A stretch of DNA of 64,000 nucleotides from a virus, in IMG/VR virus record IMGVR_UViG_3300045988_167206, positions 1 to 64,000 of that record, one strand, 5' to 3'. Below the pieces are notes generated by a model that was not told the origin of the DNA, made no database searches, and was given only the letters and a program-made list of their open reading frames with translations. Positions 43,520 to 53,045 of this stretch are shown piece by piece. Position 1 is the stretch's first letter; every line of letters begins with the position of its first letter. Position numbers and translations under genes: made by a program.

Positions 43520-43885
43520 ATGATTGTAGGAAAAATTGGAAAGTTTAATTCACATAAATGTAATAAATGTGGTAGCGACGTTATGTTTATAAAAGTAAAA
43601 GGAAATAACGTTGGATTATATTGTCATGAGTGTGGCACCTGGCAGAAATGGCTAAATAAAAGTGAAAGAAATCTATTTGAAGCCAGTCAAAATAGAACAA
43701 TTGAAGAGCGACTGAAAGACTTTATTGACGCAATTGAAAATAAAATTGATGTAGAAATGATGGAACTTCCAAAATCTGACGCAGATCAAATCAGAAAGAA
43801 TGCCTGCTGTTTAGCATTAGAACAATGTAAGACATCGCTTGAAAATATTTTGGCCGATAGGGAATTCAATGATTATGGGAAATAA
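43520..43885 (+). CDS. Zinc-ribbon protein
   Basis: CNKCGS..(about 16 aa)..CHECGT. The start was moved to ATG 43520 (RBS tGAGGTAGaaaat). Confidence 0.5.
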   Translation: MIVGKIGKFNSHKCNKCGSDVMFIKVKGNNVGLYCHECGTWQKWLNKSERNLFEASQNRTIEERLKDFIDAIENKIDVEMMELPKSDADQIRKNACCLALEQCKTSLENILADREFNDYGK

Positions 43886-43886
43886 G

Positions 43887-44588
43887 ATGGTTGAAGACAA
43901 AGTTTGTATTGTTTCTGCACCAAGTATATATGAGCCTTATGATTTGGTCGGAAGAATTGGGAAAATTATAAGGGCAGATATAACACTAAACAAAATAGTG
44001 TATGGAATAAAGCTTAATTGCGGATTAATAAATGCAGGAAGAGACGATGGATTATTTTACCTTAATAAAAATGATTTTTGTGTTATTTTTCCACCACAAA
44101 AACCATCTAGTCTTACAAATGATATTACATATGCAAATTTAAAAGAAGAAGAGGAGAGTAAAAATATGGCAGCATTAACAGGATTTAAAGCGGTAGCAGT
44201 AATTGAACAGGGTACAGGATATTATAAAAAAGATTATCATTATGCGATTTATGATGATGGAACAACATATATGCCAGGAGATAAAGTATATGTTTCTGGT
44301 ACTAGCAATACCTGTATTTTAAAAATTAAAGAAATTATTACGCCAAAAGAAGCTGCGGATAGATGTAAGAAAAATATTACCGCAGAGATTATTTGTAGAG
44401 TTAATACAGAAGCTTACGATACAAGGGTTAATCAGCGTAAAGAAGCTGCGGCTCTAAAAAAAGAAATGGATAAAATGATTAAACAAATGGACGAGACAAA
44501 GAAGTATGATATGTATGCAGCTGAAAACCCAGAATTAAAAGAAATGCTTGATAGATATAAAGAACTTAGAGGTGAGAAATATGAATAA
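43887..44588 (+). CDS. Hypothetical protein
   Basis: The ATG at 43887 lies directly after the upstream stop. Confidence 0.5.
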   Translation: MVEDKVCIVSAPSIYEPYDLVGRIGKIIRADITLNKIVYGIKLNCGLINAGRDDGLFYLNKNDFCVIFPPQKPSSLTNDITYANLKEEEESKNMAALTGFKAVAVIEQGTGYYKKDYHYAIYDDGTTYMPGDKVYVSGTSNTCILKIKEIITPKEAADRCKKNITAEIICRVNTEAYDTRVNQRKEAAALKKEMDKMIKQMDETKKYDMYAAENPELKEMLDRYKELRGEKYE

Positions 44589-44724
44589 AATAATCAAATT
44601 TATCATTTGTACTATATGCTACGCAGGGATATTAAGAATAGCTAATGTTGAGATTGCAAGTGCGGAATATTGGATTGTAGTAATATTATTAATTATTGAA
44701 AGTGTAGCGTGGGGTACATATTAA
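44581..44724 (+). CDS. Possible small membrane peptide (47 aa)
   Basis: MNKIIKFIICTICYAGIL...YWIVVILLIIESVAWGTY. It overlaps both neighbours (ATGAATAA upstream, TAATG downstream). Confidence 0.3.
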   Translation: MNKIIKFIICTICYAGILRIANVEIASAEYWIVVILLIIESVAWGTY

Positions 44725-45461
44725 TGATTTGGGTTACAGGTGATACTCATGGTGATTGGGTCCATAGATTAAATATGGATACCTTCCCGGAACAAAAAGA
44801 AATGACAAAAGAAGATTATGTGATTATCTGTGGTGACTTCGGAATTTGGAGAGATAGTGCCCAACAAAGATGGTATTTAAAATGGCTTGAAGAAAGAAAT
44901 TTTACCACACTATTTATAGACGGAAATCATAGTAACTTTGATGTACTTGATTCTTACCCGGTATCTGAATGGCATGGTGGAAAAGTACATTTTATAAATC
45001 CATCAGTAATTCATCTTATGAGAGGGCAAATATTTAATATAGAAGAAAAAATATTTTTTACTTTTGGTGGTGCTGCCAGTTACGATATTCAAGATGGAAT
45101 TCTTGAGATTGATGATCCAAGAATTAAATCCTGGAGAAAAGATCCATATAAAATGTATAGAGTCAACCATGTATCATGGTGGAAACAAGAGATGCCTGAC
45201 GAAGAAGAAATGGCTGAAGGAAGAGAGAATCTTGAATTAGCAGGTAATAAAGTGGATTTTGTTGTTACTCATTGTGCTCCATCATCTACTCAGGCCATAT
45301 TGAGCGGTGGATTTTATGAATCAGATAAGCTTACTAATTATTTGGAAACGATAAAATCTGGCATTGATTATAAAAGATGGTTTTTCGGCCATTATCATAT
45401 TAATCAAGCTGTTAGTGACAAAGACATTGCTCTATTTGAACAAATTGTGAGGATTAATTAA
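44724..45461 (+). CDS. Calcineurin-like metallophosphoesterase
   Basis: Motifs GDTHGD, CGDFG, DGNHSN, THCAP and GHYH, in canonical order. Confidence 0.8.
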   Translation: MIWVTGDTHGDWVHRLNMDTFPEQKEMTKEDYVIICGDFGIWRDSAQQRWYLKWLEERNFTTLFIDGNHSNFDVLDSYPVSEWHGGKVHFINPSVIHLMRGQIFNIEEKIFFTFGGAASYDIQDGILEIDDPRIKSWRKDPYKMYRVNHVSWWKQEMPDEEEMAEGRENLELAGNKVDFVVTHCAPSSTQAILSGGFYESDKLTNYLETIKSGIDYKRWFFGHYHINQAVSDKDIALFEQIVRIN

Positions 45462-45613
45462 TTTATTATTAGTAAATAAGGAATTAAATAATCGAAAAGG
45501 ACACGCTTCATATAGACATAAAGGTGCTTATGGTCCAGCAGATAATTATTCAAAACATGATAAGCAGCAAGTTGAAGATGGAATACAGCAAATTAAAGAA
45601 TGGGAGAATGAAG

Positions 45614-46165
45614 ATGAAAGAAGAGAAAAAGAAGGTTCTGATTGTAATTGATGTGCAGAATGATTTTGTGACAGGAGTTCTTGGAACACCGGAAGCACAA
45701 GCTATTGTACCAAATGTGAAAAAGAAATTTGATGAATATAAGAATAATAAGAGCTATGTAATTCTTACAAAGGATACTCATCATTCAGATTACGCAGATA
45801 CTTCAGAGGGCAGAAAACTTCCTGAACATTGTATGTATGGTACTAAAGGTTGGGAAATTATTGATGAACTTGATTATAAAAATCTCGATAGTTTTATGGT
45901 GTGTTGTAAACCTACATTTGGACTTGATAACTGGGATTGGGAAGAAATATTTAATACTACAGATGATTCTTTATTAGATATTGAAATTATTGGAGTATGC
46001 ACAGATATCTGTGTGATTACAAATGCTCTTCTTATTAAAACTTATTATCCAGAGGCAAAAATCACAGTGGATGCATCATGTTGCGCAGGATCAACACTGG
46101 AAAAGCATAAAGCGGCTCTTGATGTGATGGAAAGTTGCCAGATTAATGTAACCAATAGAAATTAA
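45614..46165 (+). CDS. Isochorismatase-family cysteine hydrolase (nicotinamidase PncA-like)
   Basis: VIDVQNDFV (catalytic Asp), a conserved Lys region, and the catalytic Cys in GVCTDICV. The start was moved to ATG 45614 (RBS tGGGAGaatgaag). Confidence 0.7.
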   Translation: MKEEKKKVLIVIDVQNDFVTGVLGTPEAQAIVPNVKKKFDEYKNNKSYVILTKDTHHSDYADTSEGRKLPEHCMYGTKGWEIIDELDYKNLDSFMVCCKPTFGLDNWDWEEIFNTTDDSLLDIEIIGVCTDICVITNALLIKTYYPEAKITVDASCCAGSTLEKHKAALDVMESCQINVTNRN

Positions 46166-46173
46166 ATTAAACA

Positions 46174-46797
46174 ATGGAGGAAATTAAAATGATGAATAAT
46201 TTTATGAATGGAATGTTTGGGAAAATTGGTAGTGGAATGTGTAAGTTATCCATGAGCGGTAATATTGCAGTAAAAACTTCCAATGGATATAAGAGCTACA
46301 ATGTTAAATCCGGAAAGCTCACAAACTGTGGCAATTTCGTATTTCCTGGAGTAGATGAAAACTTCTTCTTCGTCATTCCAACAAATAAGGTAGCTAAAGG
46401 AGACATCATCCTTGTAAATGGCAAGCCAAAATGTGTTATTGAGGCAGACAAAACCAAGATCACTGTAATTAATTATGAAGATTCAACAATTGAAACAATT
46501 TTACCAGAACGTCACGTATTTATGGGTAATACATATTTTTATGGAAAAATTGTTTCAATGTTTGGAAGTAATTTTGGCAAAGACAAAAATAGTGCAAATA
46601 AAATTTTTAAATATATGATGATGACTCAGATGATGGGCGGATCTTCTACATCTGGCATTGGGATAGATAGTAATCCAATGAATGCCATGATGCCATTTAT
46701 GATGATGAATGGCAATATTGGAGACATGTTTGATGGCATGCTTGATTTTGATATGGATGACACAGATGAAGAGGTTGATTTAGAGGAGGATGAATAA
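46174..46797 (+). CDS. Met-rich hypothetical protein with acidic tail
   Basis: 207-aa ORF with runs such as MMMTQMMGG and MMPFMMMNG. C-terminus DMDDTDEEVDLEEDE. Confidence 0.5.
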   Translation: MEEIKMMNNFMNGMFGKIGSGMCKLSMSGNIAVKTSNGYKSYNVKSGKLTNCGNFVFPGVDENFFFVIPTNKVAKGDIILVNGKPKCVIEADKTKITVINYEDSTIETILPERHVFMGNTYFYGKIVSMFGSNFGKDKNSANKIFKYMMMTQMMGGSSTSGIGIDSNPMNAMMPFMMMNGNIGDMFDGMLDFDMDDTDEEVDLEEDE

Positions 46798-46799
46798 TT

Positions 46800-47696
46800 A
46801 TGGGATGTGGAAATTGGGATACTAAAAGTTTTGTATCTTATGCATCATCAAGAGGATTTGATACTGATACGCGAGGAGTAATCAGAGGAGATTATTCTAA
46901 TCAGGAAATGTTTAAAGCTAAAAAACTTGATCCTGCGCTTGATCCTAAAAATGCAATTAGAGAATGCTGCGATAGTGAAGAACATCCGAACACCTTGCCG
47001 GTTATTCTTGCTTTAGATGTTACTGGATCAATGGGGCAAACAGCAGTAGAAATTGCAAAAAAGCTTAATGAAATTATGACAAAATTATATGAACAAATCA
47101 ATGATGTGGAATTTATGATTATGGGTATTGGTGATCTGGCATATGATGTCTATCCAATTCAGGCCTCACAGTTTGAATCGGATATTAGAATTGCAGAGCA
47201 GCTTGACAAAATTTATTTTGAATTTGGTGGCGGTAGCAATCCATATGAATCCTATACCGCAGCTTGGTATTTTGCTTCTCGTCATACAGAACTCGATTGT
47301 TGGAATAGAGGCAAAAAAGGTGTAATTATCACGATTGGAGATGAACAGCTTAATCCATATCTTCCAATATCAGGCGAATATAATGGTTTGTCTACTGCTA
47401 CAGGTGATAATCTTCAATCAAATGTCGAGACAAAAGATTTATATCTGGAAGTTGCTAAAAAATTTGATGTTTATCATATTAATGTGGACCATCGTAATTA
47501 TTATAGTACTGAACAAGAAAATATTAAAAAGTCTTTTATGGAATATCTTGATGCAGATCATTTTAGAACAATTAATAACATTGATGACATTACAGATGAA
47601 ATTGTAAAAATTGTTACAGCTGCAAATAACGAACAAACAGTAGTACTACCGATAATTTCTGCAAAAACCGATGAATCGGGAGATATTGTTTGGTAA
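46800..47696 (+). CDS. vWA-domain protein (second one in the window)
   Basis: MIDAS-type motif LALDVTGSMG, with later ITIGDEQ. Confidence 0.6.
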   Translation: MGCGNWDTKSFVSYASSRGFDTDTRGVIRGDYSNQEMFKAKKLDPALDPKNAIRECCDSEEHPNTLPVILALDVTGSMGQTAVEIAKKLNEIMTKLYEQINDVEFMIMGIGDLAYDVYPIQASQFESDIRIAEQLDKIYFEFGGGSNPYESYTAAWYFASRHTELDCWNRGKKGVIITIGDEQLNPYLPISGEYNGLSTATGDNLQSNVETKDLYLEVAKKFDVYHINVDHRNYYSTEQENIKKSFMEYLDADHFRTINNIDDITDEIVKIVTAANNEQTVVLPIISAKTDESGDIVW

Positions 47697-47705
47697 GGAG
47701 AAAAT

Positions 47706-48809
47706 ATGAAAGATATAAAAATTGTCATTGGAGCAAATTTCGGTGACGAGGGAAAGGGTAAACTTACAGATTATTATACTAAAGATAAAAATAATTGTAT
47801 TGTTGTTTGCTCAAATGGAGGAGCGCAGAGAGGACATACAGTATTGAAACCTAATGGGATACGTCATGTTTTTCATCATTTTGGTTCCGGGACATTAAAT
47901 GGAGCCGATACATATTTACCAGAGGATTTTATTTTAAATCCTCTGGTGTTTAAAGAAGAATGGGATGAATTAAAAAAAATGGGATTTGAACCGCATGTAT
48001 ATGCCAATAAAAAGTATATGATTACAAATCCTCTTGATATGATGGCTAATCAAATAATTGAAAGAAATCGCAAAGATAACAAACATGGTAGCTGCGGAAT
48101 GGGAATCTATAATACCATTCAAAGACATAAAAATGACATTATAGATTATTTGGATTCCTGGGCATATTATATGAATATGTTCAGAAGGATGAAAATTACT
48201 TTATCAGAAGAAGAAGCTGAATTATTCGACCAATATAAAAAAGGAAAAGAGATTCGTCTTCATTATTTTAAAGATTTGGATTTTATGATGGAACATATAA
48301 AAATTGTTCAGGATGATCAAATATTAAATAAATATGACACAATAGTATTCGAAAATGGCCAAGGATTGCTTCTCGATCAGAATAATATGGAATATTATCC
48401 ACATCTTACTCCGTCAAATACTGGTATAAAAAATCCTTCCAGGATTATAAAAGCAGTAAATTGGGACGCTGAAATTAACGTAGAGGCATGCTATGTAACC
48501 CGTTCATATATGACAAGACATGGAGCAGGTGCATTCCCAACTGAATGTAATAAGACAGAGATAAATACAGATATAACAGACTTAACTAATGTACCTAATC
48601 CACATCAGGACGTTTTAAGATATGGAACACTTGATGTAAATGAATTATACGATAGATGCCAAAGGGATGTAAAAGTCGCTGGCATTCCATGTCATAAAGT
48701 GTTAGCTATAACTCAAGTAAATGCATGTAAATCAATTATTCCATATATTTATAAAAAATTCAAAAAAAATAATTGGAATATAAAATTTTTTCATTTGGAG
48801 GAGAATTAA
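47706..48809 (+). CDS. Short adenylosuccinate-synthetase-family enzyme (PurA/PurZ-like)
   Basis: P-loop GDEGKGK, GGAQRGHT (versus PurA GGHNAGHT), GSCGMGI (versus TTGRGIGP), FENGQGLLLD..YPHLTPSNT (versus FEGAQGTLLD..YPYVTSSNT), TRHGAGAFPTE. Only 367 aa versus about 430 for cellular PurA, and the Asp-binding GATTGRxRR segment is not recognisable. Confidence 0.8.
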   Translation: MKDIKIVIGANFGDEGKGKLTDYYTKDKNNCIVVCSNGGAQRGHTVLKPNGIRHVFHHFGSGTLNGADTYLPEDFILNPLVFKEEWDELKKMGFEPHVYANKKYMITNPLDMMANQIIERNRKDNKHGSCGMGIYNTIQRHKNDIIDYLDSWAYYMNMFRRMKITLSEEEAELFDQYKKGKEIRLHYFKDLDFMMEHIKIVQDDQILNKYDTIVFENGQGLLLDQNNMEYYPHLTPSNTGIKNPSRIIKAVNWDAEINVEACYVTRSYMTRHGAGAFPTECNKTEINTDITDLTNVPNPHQDVLRYGTLDVNELYDRCQRDVKVAGIPCHKVLAITQVNACKSIIPYIYKKFKKNNWNIKFFHLEEN

Positions 48810-49063
48810 TGTATTTACATGATAGACTTATGGATTTATCTCAAAAAACAGAATGTATGGATGTAATATTACATAATGAGTTTAAAAATGATTATCCTTA
48901 TCGAGAAAATTTGCATGATGTAACATTTTTGATTGGCGAACTTATAGATATTTTACAACAATCAACTCTTACATATGATGATCTCATTCAATTAGAACAA
49001 CAATATAACGAAAGGTATGACAGCAAAATTAAACAAGAAAAAGATAATGAAATTATTTGGTAA
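48809..49063 (+). CDS. Hypothetical protein
   Basis: The ATG overlaps the upstream stop (TAATG). RBS tGGAGGAGaat. Confidence 0.4.
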   Translation: MYLHDRLMDLSQKTECMDVILHNEFKNDYPYRENLHDVTFLIGELIDILQQSTLTYDDLIQLEQQYNERYDSKIKQEKDNEIIW

Positions 49064-49075
49064 AGGAGTCTACAT

Positions 49076-49894
49076 ATGATTAAGATTAATAATAATGTAT
49101 TTAAGCCAGAATATTTTCCGGATGGAACGATGAAATTAAAACTTGATGGAGATATAAATTATTGGATTTATTGGCTTTATGATTCAGAAGATGAATTACT
49201 CCAGCTTTATTACATTATGAATTATATTGATGAAAATCATGCACAATCAAGTACATCATTATTTATGCCATATATTCCAAATGCTAGATTTGACCGAACT
49301 AAAAATTATTATGAAATTTTTACCTTAAAATATTTCGCTAAATTTATTAATTATCTTCATTTTGATGAAGTGATAGTATTTGATCCTCATTCACATGTAT
49401 CCGAAGCGTTAATTGATAGGCTTTGCATTCATAACCCTTTAAATTCAATTATTAAAACCATTAAAAAGATTACAAATACATCAAAAGAGTTACTTTTATT
49501 TTTTCCAGATGAAGGAAGCACAAAAAGATATGAGAATGTAATTAAAACATATTCAGAATCTCCATATACTTTCGGTATTAAAAACAGGGATTGGGTCACA
49601 GGAGAGATTAAAGGATTATCTGTAAACGGACAAGTTGATCAGATCAAAGATAGAGACGTACTTATTATTGATGATATTTGCAGCAAAGGTGGCACGTTTT
49701 ATCACAGTGCTAAAAAACTTAAAGAACTTGGCGCGAATAAGATTTATCTTTATGTAAGTCATTGTGAAAATACAATTTATGCTGGAGAATTGCTTAAAGA
49801 TAACGGATTGATTGAAAAAATTTTCACTACAGATAGCATTTTAACAGATCTTACAAGTCCTAAAATTGAATTAGTAGAGGAGTGGAGAAAATAA
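49076..49894 (+). CDS. Ribose-phosphate pyrophosphokinase (Prs)-family protein
   Basis: FPDGT.. (Prs FSDGE), MPYIPNARFDR (Prs IPYFGYARQDR), VFDPHS (DLHA), FPDEGS (SPDIGG), and the PRPP-loop LIIDDICSKGGT. 272 aa. Confidence 0.75.
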   Translation: MIKINNNVFKPEYFPDGTMKLKLDGDINYWIYWLYDSEDELLQLYYIMNYIDENHAQSSTSLFMPYIPNARFDRTKNYYEIFTLKYFAKFINYLHFDEVIVFDPHSHVSEALIDRLCIHNPLNSIIKTIKKITNTSKELLLFFPDEGSTKRYENVIKTYSESPYTFGIKNRDWVTGEIKGLSVNGQVDQIKDRDVLIIDDICSKGGTFYHSAKKLKELGANKIYLYVSHCENTIYAGELLKDNGLIEKIFTTDSILTDLTSPKIELVEEWRK

Positions 49895-50262
49895 TGAAAC
49901 CAATTATTAGTCCTTGGACGATTTATTTTGCCAGTAGAGTAGATTCTTTGAAAATTCTTGCTGGGTGTATTTTAGTATGTTGCATAATTGCGATATGCAT
50001 AGCATTCATTGAGGGCGATATAGACTACGGATCAGTATTAACTCATAGAAGTTTCATGAAGAAATGTGTAATAATATCTATTATCAGTGCGGTTGTTTTG
50101 GTAATCACGCCAAGTACAGAAACAGTTTATACAATGGTAGTAGCAAATGAAATTACACCAGACAATATTCAAGCATTTGGTAAAACTGGTAAGAATGTAG
50201 TTGATTACATTACAGATCAGATTGACAAAATTATAAATAAAGATGACGAAAAGGAGAAGTAG
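49894..50262 (+). CDS. Small membrane protein (2 TM)
   Basis: TAATG-coupled to the Prs-like gene. Hydrophobic helices ILAGCILVCCIIAICIAFI and VIISIISAVVLVI. Confidence 0.45.
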   Translation: MKPIISPWTIYFASRVDSLKILAGCILVCCIIAICIAFIEGDIDYGSVLTHRSFMKKCVIISIISAVVLVITPSTETVYTMVVANEITPDNIQAFGKTGKNVVDYITDQIDKIINKDDEKEK

Positions 50263-50265
50263 AAT

Positions 50266-51732
50266 ATGTACGATACATTAGCGATTTTATTATGCGACAC
50301 TTATAAAACATGCCATAACCGAATGTTTCCTAATAAACTTACAAAATTAGTATCTTATTGGACTCCAAGAAGATCTATGTTGAAATATCAAGATCATATG
50401 GTATTCTTTGGACTTCAAGCATTTATTAAAAAGTTTCTGATCGAAGATTTTAATAAAAATTTCTTTGATTTACCAGAAAGTGCAGTAATGTATGAATACT
50501 CCTACACAATGAATACGCAGTTAAAACCAGGAGATTACGATATTGGGCCAATCATTGAATTACATAGATTAGGATTTCTTCCTATTCAGATTCGTGCATT
50601 ACCGGAAGGAACACTGGTTCCAATGGGAGTTCCTTGTATTGAAATCTTTAATACAAAACCAGAATTTGCATGGGTAGTCCAGTGGATTGAGTGTATTCTG
50701 CAGGTGGAACTTTGGAAACCATGTTGTCATGCGACAATCGGGCATATGTATAGGGAATCTGCAAATTATTGGTATAAAAGAACAGTTGATAATGTAAAAC
50801 CATCAATGGCCGCCTCTGACTTTGGAATGAGAGGAATGTCTTGTATGGAAGAAGCAGAAAGATGCTCCGCTGCTTGGTTGCTTTCGTTTGATAAAACATC
50901 CACAATTCCAGCAATCGATTATATTTATAATTATTATTCTACGAACTGTCAAAAACTCAATATTGGACTTGGAGCAGTAAGTACAGAACATTCTGTAATG
51001 GCTTCAAATTTTGCAGTAGACGGTGACGAAATTACATTTGTAAAACGATTACTTACAGAATTATATCCAAATACTTCATTTAGTATGGTTTCTGATACCT
51101 ATGATTATTGGAATATGATCGATAATATTCTTCCGGCCTGCAAAGAAGAAATTATGAATCACAATGGTAAATTGCTTGTAAGACCAGATTCTGGAAATAT
51201 GGTTGATATCTCAGTAAAGACAGTAAAAAAACTTTGGGATATATTTGGTGGGACTATTAATAGTAAAGGTTATAAAGTACTCGATCCACATATTGGTATT
51301 ATTTATGGCGATGGTTGTAGCTTATACAATGTGAACGAGATTTGGAGTTTACTCGCAGATGAAAGATTTGCAGCAAATAATATTGTATTTGGTGTCGGAG
51401 CCTTTTGTTTCTCGGCAATTGTTGAGGGTGACGGTCATATGGCAGTAGTTACCAGAGATACATTTGGAATTGCAATGAAAGCCACATATGGTGTCGTGGA
51501 TGAAAAACCTATTATGATTTATAAAGATCCCAAAACAGATACTTCTCATCTTAAAAAATCCCATAAAGGTTGTTGCAAAATTTATCGTGATCAGAGCGGA
51601 GAATTAATCTGTGAAGATGGTTTTGATAAGCCACAGCATGGAGAGTTGCATATTGTATATTGCAATGGCGATATTATTGAAGAAGAAACATTTGAGGATA
51701 TTCGTAGAAGATTAAATACTCAGGAGAATTAA
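50266..51732 (+). CDS. Nicotinamide phosphoribosyltransferase (Nampt/NadV)-family protein
   Basis: N-terminal LLCDTYKTCH..SYWTPRR (NadV: L.TDSYK.SH...Y.E.R), FGMRGMS..EEAE, VRPDSGN, IIYGDG. 488 aa. Confidence 0.85.
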   Translation: MYDTLAILLCDTYKTCHNRMFPNKLTKLVSYWTPRRSMLKYQDHMVFFGLQAFIKKFLIEDFNKNFFDLPESAVMYEYSYTMNTQLKPGDYDIGPIIELHRLGFLPIQIRALPEGTLVPMGVPCIEIFNTKPEFAWVVQWIECILQVELWKPCCHATIGHMYRESANYWYKRTVDNVKPSMAASDFGMRGMSCMEEAERCSAAWLLSFDKTSTIPAIDYIYNYYSTNCQKLNIGLGAVSTEHSVMASNFAVDGDEITFVKRLLTELYPNTSFSMVSDTYDYWNMIDNILPACKEEIMNHNGKLLVRPDSGNMVDISVKTVKKLWDIFGGTINSKGYKVLDPHIGIIYGDGCSLYNVNEIWSLLADERFAANNIVFGVGAFCFSAIVEGDGHMAVVTRDTFGIAMKATYGVVDEKPIMIYKDPKTDTSHLKKSHKGCCKIYRDQSGELICEDGFDKPQHGELHIVYCNGDIIEEETFEDIRRRLNTQEN

Positions 51733-51734
51733 AT

Positions 51735-52172
51735 ATGAATAAATCAATGATTTATAAAAGAAATGTATATATGAGCAGAGACTCAAAAGATGTTGAAGAA
51801 ATGTTCAGTGAAATTTTAAATAATTATGAAGAAAAAGAAGAAACGATTAAGTATCTTCGGGAAGAAAATAAAAGAATTAAAGATGAAAAATATAAGGATT
51901 CTGAACTAACTTCTATGAAAAGAGAACTTGAAGGTGTAAAAGGAGACTTATATAGAGGATTTCCGATTTCAATAAAAGAAAAAAAAGCTATCGAAGAATG
52001 GCGATTAAAACATGAAGCTGAGGCTCACGGAAGAAAAACACTTGAACAAAGGTTATCGGCACACGGAGCAATTGGCGGCAGTTACACTTATGTTTTCACG
52101 CCGACAAGCATTGGTGTTGTTGGCGAGTTTAAGTGTAGTTGTGGCGAATCATTTACATTTCAAGATATTTAA
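51735..52172 (+). CDS. Hypothetical protein (coiled-coil N-terminus, Cys pair at C-terminus)
   Basis: 145-aa ORF tightly packed between the Nampt-like and nucleotidyltransferase genes. Confidence 0.5.
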   Translation: MNKSMIYKRNVYMSRDSKDVEEMFSEILNNYEEKEETIKYLREENKRIKDEKYKDSELTSMKRELEGVKGDLYRGFPISIKEKKAIEEWRLKHEAEAHGRKTLEQRLSAHGAIGGSYTYVFTPTSIGVVGEFKCSCGESFTFQDI

Positions 52173-52184
52173 TAAGGGGTATTT

Positions 52185-52952
52185 ATGACATTAAAAGAGA
52201 TTAAAGAAAAAATAAGGACAGATCCGGCATACGGGTTTCTTCGTACAGATCCTCATCTTGGAGATAATATCTGTCTTCTTTATTTAAGCGGTAGTTATGC
52301 TTACGGAACAAATGTTGAAGATAGTGATATTGATCTTCGTGGGGTTACTTTAAATAGCAAAGAAGAAATTCTTCTTGGACAGGATTTTAGAAGTGTTACA
52401 GATGGAAGTACCGATACAACAATTTATTCATTTAAAAGAATGGTCAAAATGCTTTGTAGTAATACTCCAACTGCTATTGAGATATTTGGTCTTAAACCGG
52501 AACATATTTTATACGCTAATTCAATAGGAAAAGAATTGTTGACTAAGCAAAATATGTTTCTTACAAAAAGAGTCGCTTCTGCTTTCAAAGGATATATTCA
52601 GGCTAGTTTAAAATTGCTTGAATCAGAAAAATGCCTAAATGATAAAACTATGATGTCCAAATATATGGTTCATCCATTTCGATTGTATTTTATGATTATT
52701 GATATTTTAACTGATCGGACAATAACGACATATCGTGAAGAAGAACACGAAATACTTATGGATATTCGTAATGGAAAATGGCTTGAAAATAATAAACCTT
52801 CTAATGATTATATGAATTTTATAAGAAATTATAACAGAGTGATTCCATTTCTTCTTAAAGAAAAAAGTAATCTTCCAGAAGATTTAAATTTGTGTAACAT
52901 TGATGATTATGTGATAGCAGTACATGAAAAAATTGTCAAAGGAGAAATTTAA
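52185..52952 (+). CDS. Pol-beta-superfamily nucleotidyltransferase (RlaP/YcgL-like)
   Basis: GS-x(10)-DxD signature YLSGSYAYGTNVEDSDIDLRG. Confidence 0.65.
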   Translation: MTLKEIKEKIRTDPAYGFLRTDPHLGDNICLLYLSGSYAYGTNVEDSDIDLRGVTLNSKEEILLGQDFRSVTDGSTDTTIYSFKRMVKMLCSNTPTAIEIFGLKPEHILYANSIGKELLTKQNMFLTKRVASAFKGYIQASLKLLESEKCLNDKTMMSKYMVHPFRLYFMIIDILTDRTITTYREEEHEILMDIRNGKWLENNKPSNDYMNFIRNYNRVIPFLLKEKSNLPEDLNLCNIDDYVIAVHEKIVKGEI

Positions 52953-53045
52953 TGATTAAAGTAATCAATGGAAGCATTTTAAATGCTAAAACAGATTTTA
53001 TTATTATTACAAGGAAAACTCAGTACCAAAAGAGGAGGAATAAAT

